From contig JAZUCF010000002.1 of NCBI GenBank assembly GCA_045638945.1, positions 84 to 64,083 on the forward strand: 64,000 bases of DNA, written 5' to 3'. The notes below the pieces were generated by a model. The model searched no databases. It was not told where the DNA came from and saw only the letters and a list, made by a program, of their open reading frames with translations. Shown one piece after another: positions 1-10,323 of the stretch; the stretch's first letter is position 1, and each line of letters begins with the position of its first letter. Both the position numbers and the translations under genes were made by a program. The DNA comes from Clostridia bacterium. GTDB taxonomy: Bacteria > Bacillota > Clostridia > UMGS1883.

Positions 1-849
1 GCCGGCAACAACGTCTTCACCCTGAGCGTTTACAAGGAACTCACCCATAAGGCCTTTATCGCCTGTTGCAGGGTCACGAGTAAATGCAACGCCTGTTCCG
101 CAATCGTCACCCATATTACCGAATGCCATTGCCTGAACGTTAACTGCAGTTCCCCATGAATAAGGAATATCGTTATCACGTCTATATACGTTTGCACGTG
201 GGTTATCCCATGAACGGAATACGGCTTCGATAGCACCCATGAGCTGTTCCTTAGGATCAGTGGGGAAGTCCTTACCGATTTTTGATTTATATTCAGCCTT
301 GAACTGCTCTGCAAGAGTCTTAAGGTCTTCTGCTGTAAGGTCGATATCATTCTTAACGCCCTTAGCTTCCTTCATTTCGTCGATAAGCTGCTCAAAGTAC
401 TTCTTACCAACTTCCATAACTACATCAGAATACATCTGGATGAATCTTCTGTAGCAGTCGTAAGCCCATCTTGCATTGCCGCTCTTCTGAGCCATTGCCT
501 GGACAACATCTTCATTAAGACCGAGGTTGAGGATAGTATCCATCATACCGGGCATAGAAGCTCTTGCACCGCTACGAACAGATACGAGAAGGGGATTTTC
601 CTTATCGCCAAACTTCTTTCCGCAAACTTCCTCCATCTTAGTGATGAATTCCATAATCTGTGCCTGGATTTCATCGTTGATTTTGCGACCGTCCTCATAG
701 TACTGAGTACAAGCTTCTGTTGTGATTGTGAAGCCCTGAGGAACGGGGAGACCGATAGCGGTCATTTCAGCAAGGTTAGCACCCTTACCACCGAGAAGAT
801 TTCTCATGGTAGCGTTACCTTCGCTGAACAGATAAACAAATTTTGTCAT
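1..849 (-). CDS. ppdK: pyruvate, phosphate dikinase, N-terminal ~283 aa (gene runs off the left edge)
   Basis: Absent from the ORF track because it is open at the window edge. Hand translation from ATG 849-847 gives [29 protein letters not shown]..., the conserved PPDK N-terminus. GGAGG lies ~10 nt upstream. Confidence 0.85.
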   Translation of the reverse strand, partial: MTKFVYLFSEGNATMRNLLGGKGANLAEMTAIGLPVPQGFTITTEACTQYYEDGRKINDEIQAQIMEFITKMEEVCGKKFGDKENPLLVSVRSGARASMPGMMDTILNLGLNEDVVQAMAQKSGNARWAYDCYRRFIQMYSDVVMEVGKKYFEQLIDEMKEAKGVKNDIDLTAEDLKTLAEQFKAEYKSKIGKDFPTDPKEQLMGAIEAVFRSWDNPRANVYRRDNDIPYSWGTAVNVQAMAFGNMGDDCGTGVAFTRDPATGDKGLMGEFLVNAQGEDVVAG

Positions 850-958
850 CTTAAGATAACCTCCTAAAAAATATAAAAATTAAATTATTTTTAACGCACA
901 TATTATCATACACCATTTTAGTCATAATTTCCAGTGTTTTTTTAAAAAAAATACAATT

Positions 959-1708
959 TTAGGATATTTTTTTTAGTATTTGGTGTAAGTAATTAAGCGA
1001 ATTGGGTAAATTGCCTAAATGATAAGCAAGAAACGGCTCAGTTAAAGAAGAAAGCGACACTGAAATTTTTTCATCATATTCGCAGAAAAGAGCATCCCTC
1101 AGACTGCTTTCAAGAATATATTTACAGATTTTTATCTGCGGAGCATTTATTGGAATTGCATCAGTGGACTTATGCCCGCTACATCTGACCTCTCCCTCCG
1201 ACACAGAAAAGTGTGTCCCACCATTACCGCAGGGACACTCTGGCGAAAATTCGGGAACAATTCCGCAAAGCTCCATAATCTTAAATTCAAACACTGCTTT
1301 TATAAGCGGTGCGCTTTGGGGCTTTTTGCAAAGTACATAAAGCGTGTTTAAAAGAAGACGCACTTCCTCAGATGCCTCAACACCGCTTTGTACGCACATC
1401 CTTGTTAAATCAGCAAAATAAGCGCCGTAAGAGAGAAGCACCACATCCTCACTGAGGGTGCGGAAGCTCTCGCTAAGCTCGGCGCTTACAAGGGAGTAAA
1501 ACCCGTCTTTAATTTTTTTTAAAACAAACGAAGAATAACAAAGCACACCGCAGGCATTTCTGCTTTGATGCTTAAGAGAGCGAATCCCTTTTGCAATTAC
1601 GCAGAGTTTCCCCGCTTCGGGGGAAAGAAGCGTTAACATTTTATCGTTTTCACCGCTTTGGGATGCCTGTACGACAATTGCGTTAATCTTAAGTGTGTTT
1701 TCTGCCAT
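959..1708 (-). CDS. recO: DNA repair protein RecO
   Basis: 249 aa with a RecO-like OB-fold N-terminus and a Cys-rich zinc region (CPCGNGG...C). Classic era-(yqzL)-recO synteny. Confidence 0.8.
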   Translation of the reverse strand: MAENTLKINAIVVQASQSGENDKMLTLLSPEAGKLCVIAKGIRSLKHQSRNACGVLCYSSFVLKKIKDGFYSLVSAELSESFRTLSEDVVLLSYGAYFADLTRMCVQSGVEASEEVRLLLNTLYVLCKKPQSAPLIKAVFEFKIMELCGIVPEFSPECPCGNGGTHFSVSEGEVRCSGHKSTDAIPINAPQIKICKYILESSLRDALFCEYDEKISVSLSSLTEPFLAYHLGNLPNSLNYLHQILKKIS

Positions 1709-1840
1709 TTAATTTCCTCTTTTTTCAGTGTTTTCAGCACGCTCGGCCTTTAGCGCCTCGTGCCTTTTGTATTTTAAATAAATATCGATATTGCCTGTTC
1801 CCGTAAACATATCCCACATAATACTGCTTGTTCTTGCCAA
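1709..1840 (-). CDS. YqzL-family small protein (43 aa, TTG start)
   Basis: Hand translation gives (M)ARTSSIMWDMFTGTGNIDIYLKYKRHEALKAERAENTEKRGN. GAGGTG lies 6 nt upstream of the TTG, and the stop overlaps the recO start (TAAATG). The position between era and recO is typical of YqzL. Too short for the ORF track. Confidence 0.55.
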   Translation of the reverse strand: MARTSSIMWDMFTGTGNIDIYLKYKRHEALKAERAENTEKRGN

Positions 1841-1902
1841 ATTAATCACCTCATGGTTATTATGTGGAAAAGAACATTTTTAATAGCTTGAAAAATTTTC
1901 TT

Positions 1903-2796
1903 TTATTTTTCCTTTACAAAGCCGAGTTCTTTCAGGGCTGTTCCTTTATTTCTCCAATCTTCTCTTACCTTAACCCAAAGCTCTATATAAACCTGCGTGT
2001 CGAGAAGCTTTTCAATATCGCGTCTTGCATATGAGCCTATACGCTTAATTGCTTCGCCTTTTTTTCCTATAATTATAGGCTTGTGGCTTGCTTTTTCACA
2101 ATAGATTACGGCTTTTATTTTTGTCACATCGCCGCTTTCGTCCATTGATTCGATTTCAACGGCAGTACCATGGGGAACCTCGCGATCAAGGAGACGGAGA
2201 ATTTTTTCACGGATAATTTCCGCACACATTTCGCGAAGAGTGCTGTCTGCATAAATTTCTGTATCATAGAAAGGCTCGCCCTCCTCAAAGTGCTTTAAAA
2301 TTTCTGCTCTGAGTTCATCAATGCCGTCTTTCTTAAAAGCACTTATGGGAACGATTGCCGCAAAGCTGCCCTCTTTTATAAAAGCTTCAATCTGGGGAAG
2401 GATTACCTCTTTTTCAACCGTGTCGGCTTTATTGATAGCAAGAATCAAGGGGATGTTTTTATCCGCCGCTTTCTTTATTATGTTTTTTTCAAGGTCGTAA
2501 ACCTCTTTGCCCGCTTCCACAACTAAGATGGCTACATCCACGTCGGAAAGAGAACCGCCTGCAACGCTGTTCATATATTCACCGAGCTTCGTTCTGGGAG
2601 AATGCATACCGGGAGTATCTACGAATACTATCTGATAGTTATCACCGTTATCTATTGCGGCTAAATTTGTACGTGTTGTCTGGGGTTTATTTGAAACGAT
2701 TGCCGCCTTTTCTCCTATAAATGCGTTTGTAAGTGTTGATTTGCCTACGTTGGGTCTGCCCACTATTGAGGCAAAGCCTGATTTAAAATTACTCAT
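1903..2796 (-). CDS. era: GTPase Era
   Basis: G1 motif GRPNVGKST, DTPG, NKAD, and a C-terminal KH domain. 297 aa. Confidence 0.95.
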   Translation of the reverse strand: MSNFKSGFASIVGRPNVGKSTLTNAFIGEKAAIVSNKPQTTRTNLAAIDNGDNYQIVFVDTPGMHSPRTKLGEYMNSVAGGSLSDVDVAILVVEAGKEVYDLEKNIIKKAADKNIPLILAINKADTVEKEVILPQIEAFIKEGSFAAIVPISAFKKDGIDELRAEILKHFEEGEPFYDTEIYADSTLREMCAEIIREKILRLLDREVPHGTAVEIESMDESGDVTKIKAVIYCEKASHKPIIIGKKGEAIKRIGSYARRDIEKLLDTQVYIELWVKVREDWRNKGTALKELGFVKEK

Positions 2797-2828
2797 CGGT
2801 TATTTCCTTTCAAATTAGTCAATGACTA

Positions 2829-3320
2829 TTATCTGTGTAAATCCATTATATCCATAATTTCTTTTTCACGGCCTCGCATAACGGAGGTATACGGCTCCTC
2901 CATATGGTCAAATCCCAAAAGGTGAAGTGTGCTGTGCACAGTTAAAAATCCAACTTCACGCTCAAGGGTATGTCCGTATTCTGCTGCCTGCTCCTTAGCT
3001 TTTTCGAGTGAGAGAACAATATCTCCCAAAAGAAGCAAATCTCCGTCATAATCTCCGCTTTCCTCTATCATAACGCCGTCTTCGTCAAATTCTAAAATCG
3101 GAAAACTAAGCACATCGGTGGGAGCATCTATATCGCGTGTTTCCTTGTTAATTCTATGGATTCCGTCGTTGTCAGTAATAAGAATACTTACCTCAAAATC
3201 CGTTTCTTCATCACCGCCGACGGTCTGGAGCGTGGTTGCAACCGCCTTTTGCATGATTTCCTCAAGCTCGGGTGTAAACTGAAGCTTGTCCTGCTCATTT
3301 TCAATAATAAACTGTATCAT
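2829..3320 (-). CDS. ybeY: rRNA maturation endoribonuclease YbeY
   Basis: HSTLHLLGFDH zinc motif. Start trimmed to the ATG (MIQFII...) preceded by GAGGAG; the track start is an upstream GTG. Confidence 0.9.
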   Translation of the reverse strand: MIQFIIENEQDKLQFTPELEEIMQKAVATTLQTVGGDEETDFEVSILITDNDGIHRINKETRDIDAPTDVLSFPILEFDEDGVMIEESGDYDGDLLLLGDIVLSLEKAKEQAAEYGHTLEREVGFLTVHSTLHLLGFDHMEEPYTSVMRGREKEIMDIMDLHR

Positions 3321-3331
3321 AATAATTCTCC

Positions 3332-5329
3332 TCACTCATACTTAATTCTTTCATGGAAGTATCCTCCGAGCGTTTTTGTAATAACCTTAATCACCTTTTC
3401 AAGCTCGGCAAAGGTCATGTTACATTCAGAGAACTGACCCGTGTTTACTCTGTCCGTAGCAATTTTTCTTACCATTGCCTCTATTTTTGACTCACTCTTT
3501 TCGTCAATACTGCGTACTGCCGCTTCGCATGAATCGGCAAGCATCACAATAGCGGCTTCCTTAGTCTGGGGAACGGGACCGGGGTATGTGAATTTAGATT
3601 CATCTACATCCGGGTCAAGCTCCTTTGCACGGATAAGAAAATAACCTGTAGTGGTTTTGCCGTGATGCTGTGCTATAATATCGCAGATGCTTTTTGGAAG
3701 ATGATTTTTTGCCGCAATCTCACTTCCGTCGGTAACGTGGCTTATGATTATTGCCGAGCTGTCCTCAGGTGCAAGATTGTCATGAGCATTTTTATCATAT
3801 TGGTTTTCTTTAAAATATAAGGGGTGGCGAAGCTTTCCCACGTCATGGTAATATGCACCCACACGGGCAAGGAGCGAGTCAGCCTTAATACTGCGTGCCG
3901 CAATCTCGGCAATGTTTGCAACCGTGAGCGAATGGTGATATGTTCCGGGTGCTTCAACAAGCAGTTTTTTCAGAAGCTTATTTTCGGGGTTTGCAAGCTC
4001 GCTGAGCTTCATGGGAGTTGTGGCATTAAAAAGCCACTCGAAGAAGGGAAGCGAGCCTATAGTTATAAGTCCCGAAAGCATACCGCCGCCGAAGCCTTTA
4101 AAAAATGCACTTATAGCTGTCACTGCACTGTTTGACTCTATCAGTGACATTCCCGTGAAAGAAAGTCCGTAAAACAGAGCCGCAACGATAGCAGAGGGAA
4201 GAAGATGTGCACGCCTTTTTACAGTTGAGAAGCAGAAAACAGACATTGTTCCTGCTAAGATAAGTGATATTGTATATCCCCAGTTTGCATCAAATGCCAA
4301 TGCGTTAAACACAGAAATAATGAGGTTTGAAATAATCGCAAGCTGAGGGGAAGCGAATATGGTTACAATTCCGGGGAAAATCCCTACGGGAAGCAGGGGG
4401 CTGAGCCTTTCAGGAATGTATTTTGAGCCATAAAACGTCATCAGAATTATTATTAATGCAGTAACTGCCGTTACAGATGCGGCACTGCTGCTTTTGCTTT
4501 TATAAGTACTTGCCGAAAACAGCAATATGAGAAGTGAGATAATGATGAAAATCGCCACTCCGAAAGCATATGTGGAGGTGATGGGGCTGCTTCCCTTAAG
4601 AAGCCCCAAATCGCTAAGCATAGTATACTGTGCTTTGGTTACAACAGAGCCTTGCGTTACGATAACCTGTCCTTTTTTATATTCAACGTTTTCAACCGCT
4701 GCTGCAGCCTGTTCACGCTTTGCCAGGGTAGATTCCTCATCCAAAACCTTGTTTTCAATAATCGTGAGAGAAATTATTTCTTCCGCTGCTTCTATAAGCT
4801 TATCGCTTACGGAAAGAGTGGAAATTTCTTCTACACAAAGCTGTATACCGTCATTTTTGTCAATAACGCCGTCGTTCATAACGGATTTTAATATACTGCT
4901 CAGTGTGCGAAGCTGTGCAAATTGTGACGGTGATGCAGAAATAATGGCTTTTGCCGTTTCTTCCGAAATATTTACGGTTGCCGTGTTCTTAAGCTGAAGT
5001 GCCGCCGCCGCAGAATTTTCAAACGCCTGAGAACGTATGGAGTGTGCCATATCAAAAAATGACTCAACGTTCTTTACGCAGTTTGCGGTTTTTTCGTTGT
5101 CCTGCACATAAATATCGGGAACTTCAAGACGTGCCTGCTCCCGCTTTTCCTCGGTGGTTACTGTGTCAATAATTACACGCGGTGCGTAAACATCCTCCGA
5201 TGAAACGTCACCCACGGCAAGCTCCACCTGACCTACCTGCTTGGAAAAGAAAACGACTAAAATTATCAGTAGTACGGAAATAAATGTGGTAAGGGCATTT
5301 TTAGTGCCACCAAAAAGCTTTTTTATCAT
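3332..5329 (-). CDS. membrane HD-domain phosphohydrolase (PgpH/YqfF family, 7TM-HD)
   Basis: Extracellular N-domain, multi-TM block, and C-terminal HD domain (HHSLTVANIA...YYHDVGK). Start set to MIKKLFGG; the track start at 5374 would overlap phoH by 26 nt, so the start is uncertain. Confidence 0.8.
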   Translation of the reverse strand: MIKKLFGGTKNALTTFISVLLIILVVFFSKQVGQVELAVGDVSSEDVYAPRVIIDTVTTEEKREQARLEVPDIYVQDNEKTANCVKNVESFFDMAHSIRSQAFENSAAAALQLKNTATVNISEETAKAIISASPSQFAQLRTLSSILKSVMNDGVIDKNDGIQLCVEEISTLSVSDKLIEAAEEIISLTIIENKVLDEESTLAKREQAAAAVENVEYKKGQVIVTQGSVVTKAQYTMLSDLGLLKGSSPITSTYAFGVAIFIIISLLILLFSASTYKSKSSSAASVTAVTALIIILMTFYGSKYIPERLSPLLPVGIFPGIVTIFASPQLAIISNLIISVFNALAFDANWGYTISLILAGTMSVFCFSTVKRRAHLLPSAIVAALFYGLSFTGMSLIESNSAVTAISAFFKGFGGGMLSGLITIGSLPFFEWLFNATTPMKLSELANPENKLLKKLLVEAPGTYHHSLTVANIAEIAARSIKADSLLARVGAYYHDVGKLRHPLYFKENQYDKNAHDNLAPEDSSAIIISHVTDGSEIAAKNHLPKSICDIIAQHHGKTTTGYFLIRAKELDPDVDESKFTYPGPVPQTKEAAIVMLADSCEAAVRSIDEKSESKIEAMVRKIATDRVNTGQFSECNMTFAELEKVIKVITKTLGGYFHERIKYE

Positions 5330-5348
5330 AATGTAATCAATCCTCGCT

Positions 5349-6293
5349 TTAAGATTTTCTTTCGAACCTTTCATATGCGGCTATTATCTTTTGTACAAGG
5401 GGATGACGGACAACGTCCTTGTCTGAAAGATATGAAAAATCAAGTCCTTCAATGTTTTTTAAGACCTTGGCTGCGTCCTTAAGTCCGCTTCGTTTGCCGT
5501 CGGGAAGGTCTATCTGCGTAACATCGCCGGTGATAACGGCTTTTGAACCAAAGCCTATGCGTGTAAGGAACATTTTCATCTGCTCGGGGGTAGTATTTTG
5601 TGCCTCGTCAAGAATGATGAAAGCATCGTCAAGAGTTCTTCCGCGCATGTAGGCGAGAGGAGCGATTTCAATAACGCCCCGTTCAAGATATTTCTGATAA
5701 TTTTCCATGCCGAGCATATCGCCCAGGGCATCATAAAGGGGGCGAAGATAGGGGTCAACCTTCATCTGCAAATCACCGGGGAGAAACCCGAGCTTTTCGC
5801 CGGCTTCTACGGCAGGTCTTGTCAGAATAATACGGCTTACTTCTTTTCTTCTGAACGCATCGACAGCCATTGCAACGGCAAGATACGTCTTTCCCGTGCC
5901 CGCAGGCCCTATGGCGATAACAACGGTGTTGTCACGGATTTTCTGAATATAGTTTTTCTGACCATGGGTTTTGCACTTTACGGCTTTGCCTTTGGAGGTT
6001 ATGCAGATGTAGTAACCCTTTGCAGGGGGTACATAGCCGATATCCTCATTTACCGAAAAAATCGCGTAGCGTATATTTTGCTCCGTGAGTGCTTCGCCTG
6101 CTTCTATTTCGTCAATCAGCCTTTCAAGGACTGCAGCGGTTTTATCCGCATTTTCTCCTATTATTTTTATTTGTGTATCACGGTTTACTATTTTAACATT
6201 CATCTCGCGTTCGATAAGCTTAACATTGCTGTCAAAGCTTCCGAACAGGGACATCACCGTATCTGTGCTTTTTGCTTCAATGATTTTTTCCAT
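5349..6293 (-). CDS. phoH: PhoH-like ATPase
   Basis: Walker [14 protein letters not shown], Walker [10 protein letters not shown], and an N-terminal KH-like region. Confidence 0.9.
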   Translation of the reverse strand: MEKIIEAKSTDTVMSLFGSFDSNVKLIEREMNVKIVNRDTQIKIIGENADKTAAVLERLIDEIEAGEALTEQNIRYAIFSVNEDIGYVPPAKGYYICITSKGKAVKCKTHGQKNYIQKIRDNTVVIAIGPAGTGKTYLAVAMAVDAFRRKEVSRIILTRPAVEAGEKLGFLPGDLQMKVDPYLRPLYDALGDMLGMENYQKYLERGVIEIAPLAYMRGRTLDDAFIILDEAQNTTPEQMKMFLTRIGFGSKAVITGDVTQIDLPDGKRSGLKDAAKVLKNIEGLDFSYLSDKDVVRHPLVQKIIAAYERFERKS

Positions 6294-6306
6294 TCTTTTC
6301 TCCTTT

Positions 6307-7470
6307 TCAGTCAGGAACTTTTTCTATGGGCACTTCTTTATCTGTACGGACAAGGCACTCGGCGGTAAATGTAACCGAAACATTGTCTTCCTTTTCCTCG
6401 GTGTATACGGAAATTCCTGAGACCTCCATTTTTTTCTTTGTCAGCTCTTTTTCAAAATCCTCTCTGCGTTTTTCAAGCTGTGCTTTGATATCGGTATCGG
6501 AAGAAGTAACCTTAACCTCACGATACTCTGTCTTTGAAAAAGAAAGGGGGATTTTCCACAGCCCATACTTTTTTTCTATTTTATCATAATTGCTATAGGA
6601 AATTCCACTATTTAATGAAAATTTTATATTATTTTTTTTGAAATTTAAGGAAAAAACTCTTTTTTTTCTGCCTGTGGGGGTTTTTATAAGTGTTTTTTTA
6701 GGAATTACAACGGTTTTCTTTTCATAAACTTTTAAAATAACATTGCCTGAAGCATGGTGATAATAAGTCGGAATGTTTTCATTCTCGCTTTTAAAAACCC
6801 CCGTAATAAGCACCTGTCCTTTTTCTACCGTCATTCCCTCTTTAAAAAGGGGCTGACCGCAGAAGGTCTGCATTTTTTCAATTATACCGCTGTGCATGGC
6901 TACCACGTCTGCAGGCTCATGGATTTCGTTTACCTGCGGCCTTAGATTTCTTTTTTTCACCTTTACCTTTGCCGTAGTCCCGCGTATATCTACCCACATC
7001 CATGAAAGGTCGTCAAGCTCCAGAATTGCTTTGCGTTTAATGTTATACTGGTCAATTTTGTACTTAAGAGTACCGAAATGTATTCCATTTTTTTCAATGA
7101 CCTTTTGCACCTGAGCGCGAAGAACCTTATCTCCGCCTGTAATCTCCACTCTCCATATGAACTGAGAAAAGATGACAACTGCTATTGCCACGATAATCGG
7201 AAGCGTAAATAAAAGTCCGCGTTTTTTATGCTTTTGTAGAAAAAACGGAATTCCGAATCTTGCACAGATGCTCACATTAAGTCCCTCAATATCACATTCC
7301 AGAAGCTTTTTTGCACCTTTTCTGCTGACTGTAAACGTCAGCGTTTGTAAATCCTCACGCCTTACATTCTGTATATATATTCCCGATGTTGAGGCAAAAT
7401 TTAATATCCTCTCAGGGAATTTCCCCTCAGCCTTAAGGGTATAACAGCCTTTAATGCAGTTAAGCAGCAT
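6307..7470 (-). CDS. yqfD: sporulation protein YqfD
   Basis: YqfD-like layout: G..FPERILNF, a single TM, and IWRVEITGG. Start trimmed to MLLNCIKG, which has AAGGAG 9 nt upstream. The track start at 7521 has no RBS. Confidence 0.8.
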   Translation of the reverse strand: MLLNCIKGCYTLKAEGKFPERILNFASTSGIYIQNVRREDLQTLTFTVSRKGAKKLLECDIEGLNVSICARFGIPFFLQKHKKRGLLFTLPIIVAIAVVIFSQFIWRVEITGGDKVLRAQVQKVIEKNGIHFGTLKYKIDQYNIKRKAILELDDLSWMWVDIRGTTAKVKVKKRNLRPQVNEIHEPADVVAMHSGIIEKMQTFCGQPLFKEGMTVEKGQVLITGVFKSENENIPTYYHHASGNVILKVYEKKTVVIPKKTLIKTPTGRKKRVFSLNFKKNNIKFSLNSGISYSNYDKIEKKYGLWKIPLSFSKTEYREVKVTSSDTDIKAQLEKRREDFEKELTKKKMEVSGISVYTEEKEDNVSVTFTAECLVRTDKEVPIEKVPD

Positions 7471-7547
7471 TTCCAACAACTCCTTCACCAATAAAGTGTA
7501 TGATTTGTTTTCTCCTTGCATAACTATTTAATGAGGTGTCTTTAAAA

Positions 7548-7823
7548 ATGAAAAATAAAGAGAGAAATACAGCGGATAAAATAGCCGATGCTCTTGATTT
7601 GCCTCTTGATGTTCTGCGTGATATACCGAGAATTGAAATCTTCGGATGCAGTCGGATAAATGTAGAAAATTTCAGAGGGATTTTAGATTACGGAGAGAAC
7701 TCTATAAAAATCAATTCGAATACAGGCATTATAAAAATCGACGGAGACGGGCTTTTAATAGAAAGTATCAGTGATGAAGGGGTATTTATACAGGGCAGAA
7801 TACTGCGTGTGGAGTTTATATAA
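7548..7823 (+). CDS. YabP/YqfC-family sporulation protein
   Basis: 91 aa with LDLPLDVLRDIPRIEIFG..INVENFRGILDY...IQGRILRVEF, typical of the YabP/YqfC family. GAGGTG lies 9 nt upstream of the ATG. Confidence 0.7.
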   Translation: MKNKERNTADKIADALDLPLDVLRDIPRIEIFGCSRINVENFRGILDYGENSIKINSNTGIIKIDGDGLLIESISDEGVFIQGRILRVEFI

Positions 7824-7835
7824 GGGGGTATAAAT

Positions 7836-8822
7836 ATGTTGTTCTTTATTGTTTGTGCGTGCTTTGCTCTTTTTCCCGCCCAGGTTTTATGGGGGGCGCA
7901 AAGTGGATTGGCACTATGTCTGAATGCGGTTATACCGTCGCTTCTTCCTTTTATGTTTGTAAGCTCCTGCATTATAAAAAGCGGATTTTCAAAGCCATTG
8001 GGAATAATATTTTCCAAAGTCCTTACAACACTTACGGGAATAAGCCCCATAGGCTGTGTATGCTTTATTACTGGGATTTTAGGAGGCTACGGAGCAGGTG
8101 CAAAAGCCGTATTGGAATGCTTTAGGGAGGGGCAAATCACCAAGGAGGAGGCAGAAAAACTACTTCCGATTTGTAACAATGCGGGACCGCTTTTTGTTAT
8201 AGGAACAATCGGAATCAGCTTTTTTGGGGATAGAGCTGTTGGTGTAAATCTTTTTTTAGTGCAGGTGTTGAGTATTCTTATATGTGCCTGCCTTTTCGGG
8301 GGTAGCTTTTCAAACAGGGAAGAAACCTTTTCAAAAGGTCTTGATGAATACAAAAAAAACAAGCCTTCTTTGGGAAAGCTTGTTACAAGTGCGGCAGTTC
8401 AAAGCGGAAGTGCAATTATTACCGCGTGTGTATTTGTTATTACTTTCAGTGCTGTGATGGAAATATTCCCTTTAGGAAGGTACAGCTTTTTGTGCGGAAT
8501 AGCAGAGGTTACACGGGGGTGTAGCGAGCTGTCCCGCTTCGGCTATGATGCCCTGCCTCTTATAAGTGCGTTTGTTGCATGGGGAGGACTGAGTGTGCAT
8601 TTTCAGGCAGATGCACTGACTGAGGGCAGCTTCTCCATGAAAAATTATTACATCGTAAAGCTTGCAGTTTCTTTGATAGCCTTTGTTATCACAAAAATCT
8701 GCTTTAATGATTTAAGCCTTATTTTCTTTGCTTCTACAGGAATTCTCGCATTAATGCTGATTAAGAATTTTGTTTCAAAATATGCTCGGCAACACGGATT
8801 CCGTCAACAGCGGCACTCATAA
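7836..8822 (+). CDS. YlbJ-like sporulation integral membrane protein (nucleoside-recognition/Gate domain)
   Basis: Polytopic membrane protein. The N-terminus (AQSGLALCLNAVIPSLLPFMF) resembles YlbJ/SpmA-type Gate domains. Confidence 0.55.
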   Translation: MLFFIVCACFALFPAQVLWGAQSGLALCLNAVIPSLLPFMFVSSCIIKSGFSKPLGIIFSKVLTTLTGISPIGCVCFITGILGGYGAGAKAVLECFREGQITKEEAEKLLPICNNAGPLFVIGTIGISFFGDRAVGVNLFLVQVLSILICACLFGGSFSNREETFSKGLDEYKKNKPSLGKLVTSAAVQSGSAIITACVFVITFSAVMEIFPLGRYSFLCGIAEVTRGCSELSRFGYDALPLISAFVAWGGLSVHFQADALTEGSFSMKNYYIVKLAVSLIAFVITKICFNDLSLIFFASTGILALMLIKNFVSKYARQHGFRQQRHS

Positions 8823-10323
8823 TTCCGCCTGCATAGCCTGCACCCTCTCCGCATGGATACAGTCCTTTTATAAAGGATTGGCACGTGTCATCACGGATAA
8901 TGCGGACAGGGGAGGAGGAACGGCTTTCAACTCCTGTCAGAACAGCATCGGGAAGTGCAAAACCATGGAGCTTTCTGTCCATAAGGGGAATTGCTTCCCT
9001 GAGAGAACTTGTAATAAACTTTGGGAAAAGCTGTCCTAAGTTGGAGCATGTAACACCTACAGGGTAGGTGGGGTTTACATTTCCCAGAGAAACACTTTTC
9101 TGCCCACGAAGAAAATCAGCCGAGGTCTGGACGGGAGCAAAGTAATTGCCGCCACCCATATAAAAGGCACTTTTTTCAAGCTTTTTTTGAAATTCCATTC
9201 CGGCTAAAACATCGTCACCCTCAAAATCCGTGGGAAGTACAGACACCAACAGTGCACTGTTGGCATTTTCTCCGTCACGGGCGAAATTACTCATTCCATT
9301 GGTTACTACAGTGTTTTCCTCACTTGCGGCGGCAACAACGCTTCCGCCGGGACACATACAGAAGGTGTAGACGCCCCTGCCGTCTTTAAGATGCGCCGCA
9401 AGCTTATAGTCTGCGGCAGGAAGGCGGGAAGCAAATTTATGATAAAGTGCTTCATTTATCATTTTTTGAGGATGCTCAATTCTTACTCCCACAGAAAAGC
9501 TCTTACGCTCCATGGGAATATTGTGTGACAAAAGCATTTTCACAGTGTCACGTGCACTGTGCCCGATTGCAAGAATTACGCAGTCGGTTTCTATATCTCC
9601 CTTGTTGGTTTTAATTCCTGTAACACAGTTGTCCTTAATATAAATATCGTCAAGCCGTGTGCCGAATCTTACCTCGCCGCCAAGGGATATGATTTCATTA
9701 CGCATATTTTTAATAATTCCCGAAAGTAAATCCGTGCCGATATGCGGCTTCCCTGCATAGGCAATTTCTTCGGGAGCGCCGTGCTTTATAAATTCATCGA
9801 GAACTTTTCTTTGACGTGGGTCTTTTGTTCCCGTGGTTAATTTGCCGTCGGAAAATGTTCCTGCACCGCCCTCGCCAAATTGGATATTGCTCTCCGTGTC
9901 TAATTTTCCTCCTAAGAAAAAGGAGGAAACGGCTTTTCTTCTGCTGTCTACGTCCATACCCCGTTCAATAAGAATGGGACAAGCACCGCATACGGCAAGG
10001 ATATGTGCCGCAAAAAGACCTGCGGGGCCGCTTCCTACAACAACGGGGCGTTTTGAAAGATTTGAAACGGGAGGGTACTCATATTCAAATTTTTCCCACT
10101 GCTCGACACCTTTTATTTCAAGAAACCGCTTTTCACCGCGAAGACGGACTCCCACGCTTACACAGCGGTGGATTTCACCTCTTTTATGTGCATCGACTGA
10201 ATCCTTTATAATTTCAAATGACAAAATGTCATAATCGCCTATCTTAAGCTTCTTTTTAATGGCGGATTTGACATCTTCCCCGGTATATTTAATTGGAAGT
10301 AAAAGATTTGTTATTTTAATCAT
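8761..10323 (-). CDS. NAD(P)/FAD-dependent oxidoreductase (COG2509-type)
   Basis: Dinucleotide-binding motif VVGSGPAGLFAA. Start trimmed to MIKITN, which forms an ATGA overlap with the upstream gene. Confidence 0.7.
   Translation of the reverse strand: MIKITNLLLPIKYTGEDVKSAIKKKLKIGDYDILSFEIIKDSVDAHKRGEIHRCVSVGVRLRGEKRFLEIKGVEQWEKFEYEYPPVSNLSKRPVVVGSGPAGLFAAHILAVCGACPILIERGMDVDSRRKAVSSFFLGGKLDTESNIQFGEGGAGTFSDGKLTTGTKDPRQRKVLDEFIKHGAPEEIAYAGKPHIGTDLLSGIIKNMRNEIISLGGEVRFGTRLDDIYIKDNCVTGIKTNKGDIETDCVILAIGHSARDTVKMLLSHNIPMERKSFSVGVRIEHPQKMINEALYHKFASRLPAADYKLAAHLKDGRGVYTFCMCPGGSVVAAASEENTVVTNGMSNFARDGENANSALLVSVLPTDFEGDDVLAGMEFQKKLEKSAFYMGGGNYFAPVQTSADFLRGQKSVSLGNVNPTYPVGVTCSNLGQLFPKFITSSLREAIPLMDRKLHGFALPDAVLTGVESRSSSPVRIIRDDTCQSFIKGLYPCGEGAGYAGGIMSAAVDGIRVAEHILKQNS

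Noticed and set aside
5598-6368. 256-aa plus-strand ORF (and similar long ORFs at 11435-12160 plus, 33156-33875 minus, 47346-48104 minus, 56661-57326 minus, 36487-37008 minus)
   Set aside because: Each lies entirely antisense to a gene with strong family motifs (phoH/yqfD, gpsA, ktrA, PMI-like, acyl-CoA ligase, pfkB). Their translations are low-complexity or Cys/Phe-rich with no motifs and no RBS, so they are shadow ORFs.
8761-8822. 62-bp 3'-end overlap of the convergent ylbJ-like and FAD-oxidoreductase genes
   Set aside because: It is real in the sequence. It is most simply explained by a non-conserved C-terminal tail of the ylbJ-like ORF reading into the neighbouring gene, and there is no sign of a special mechanism.
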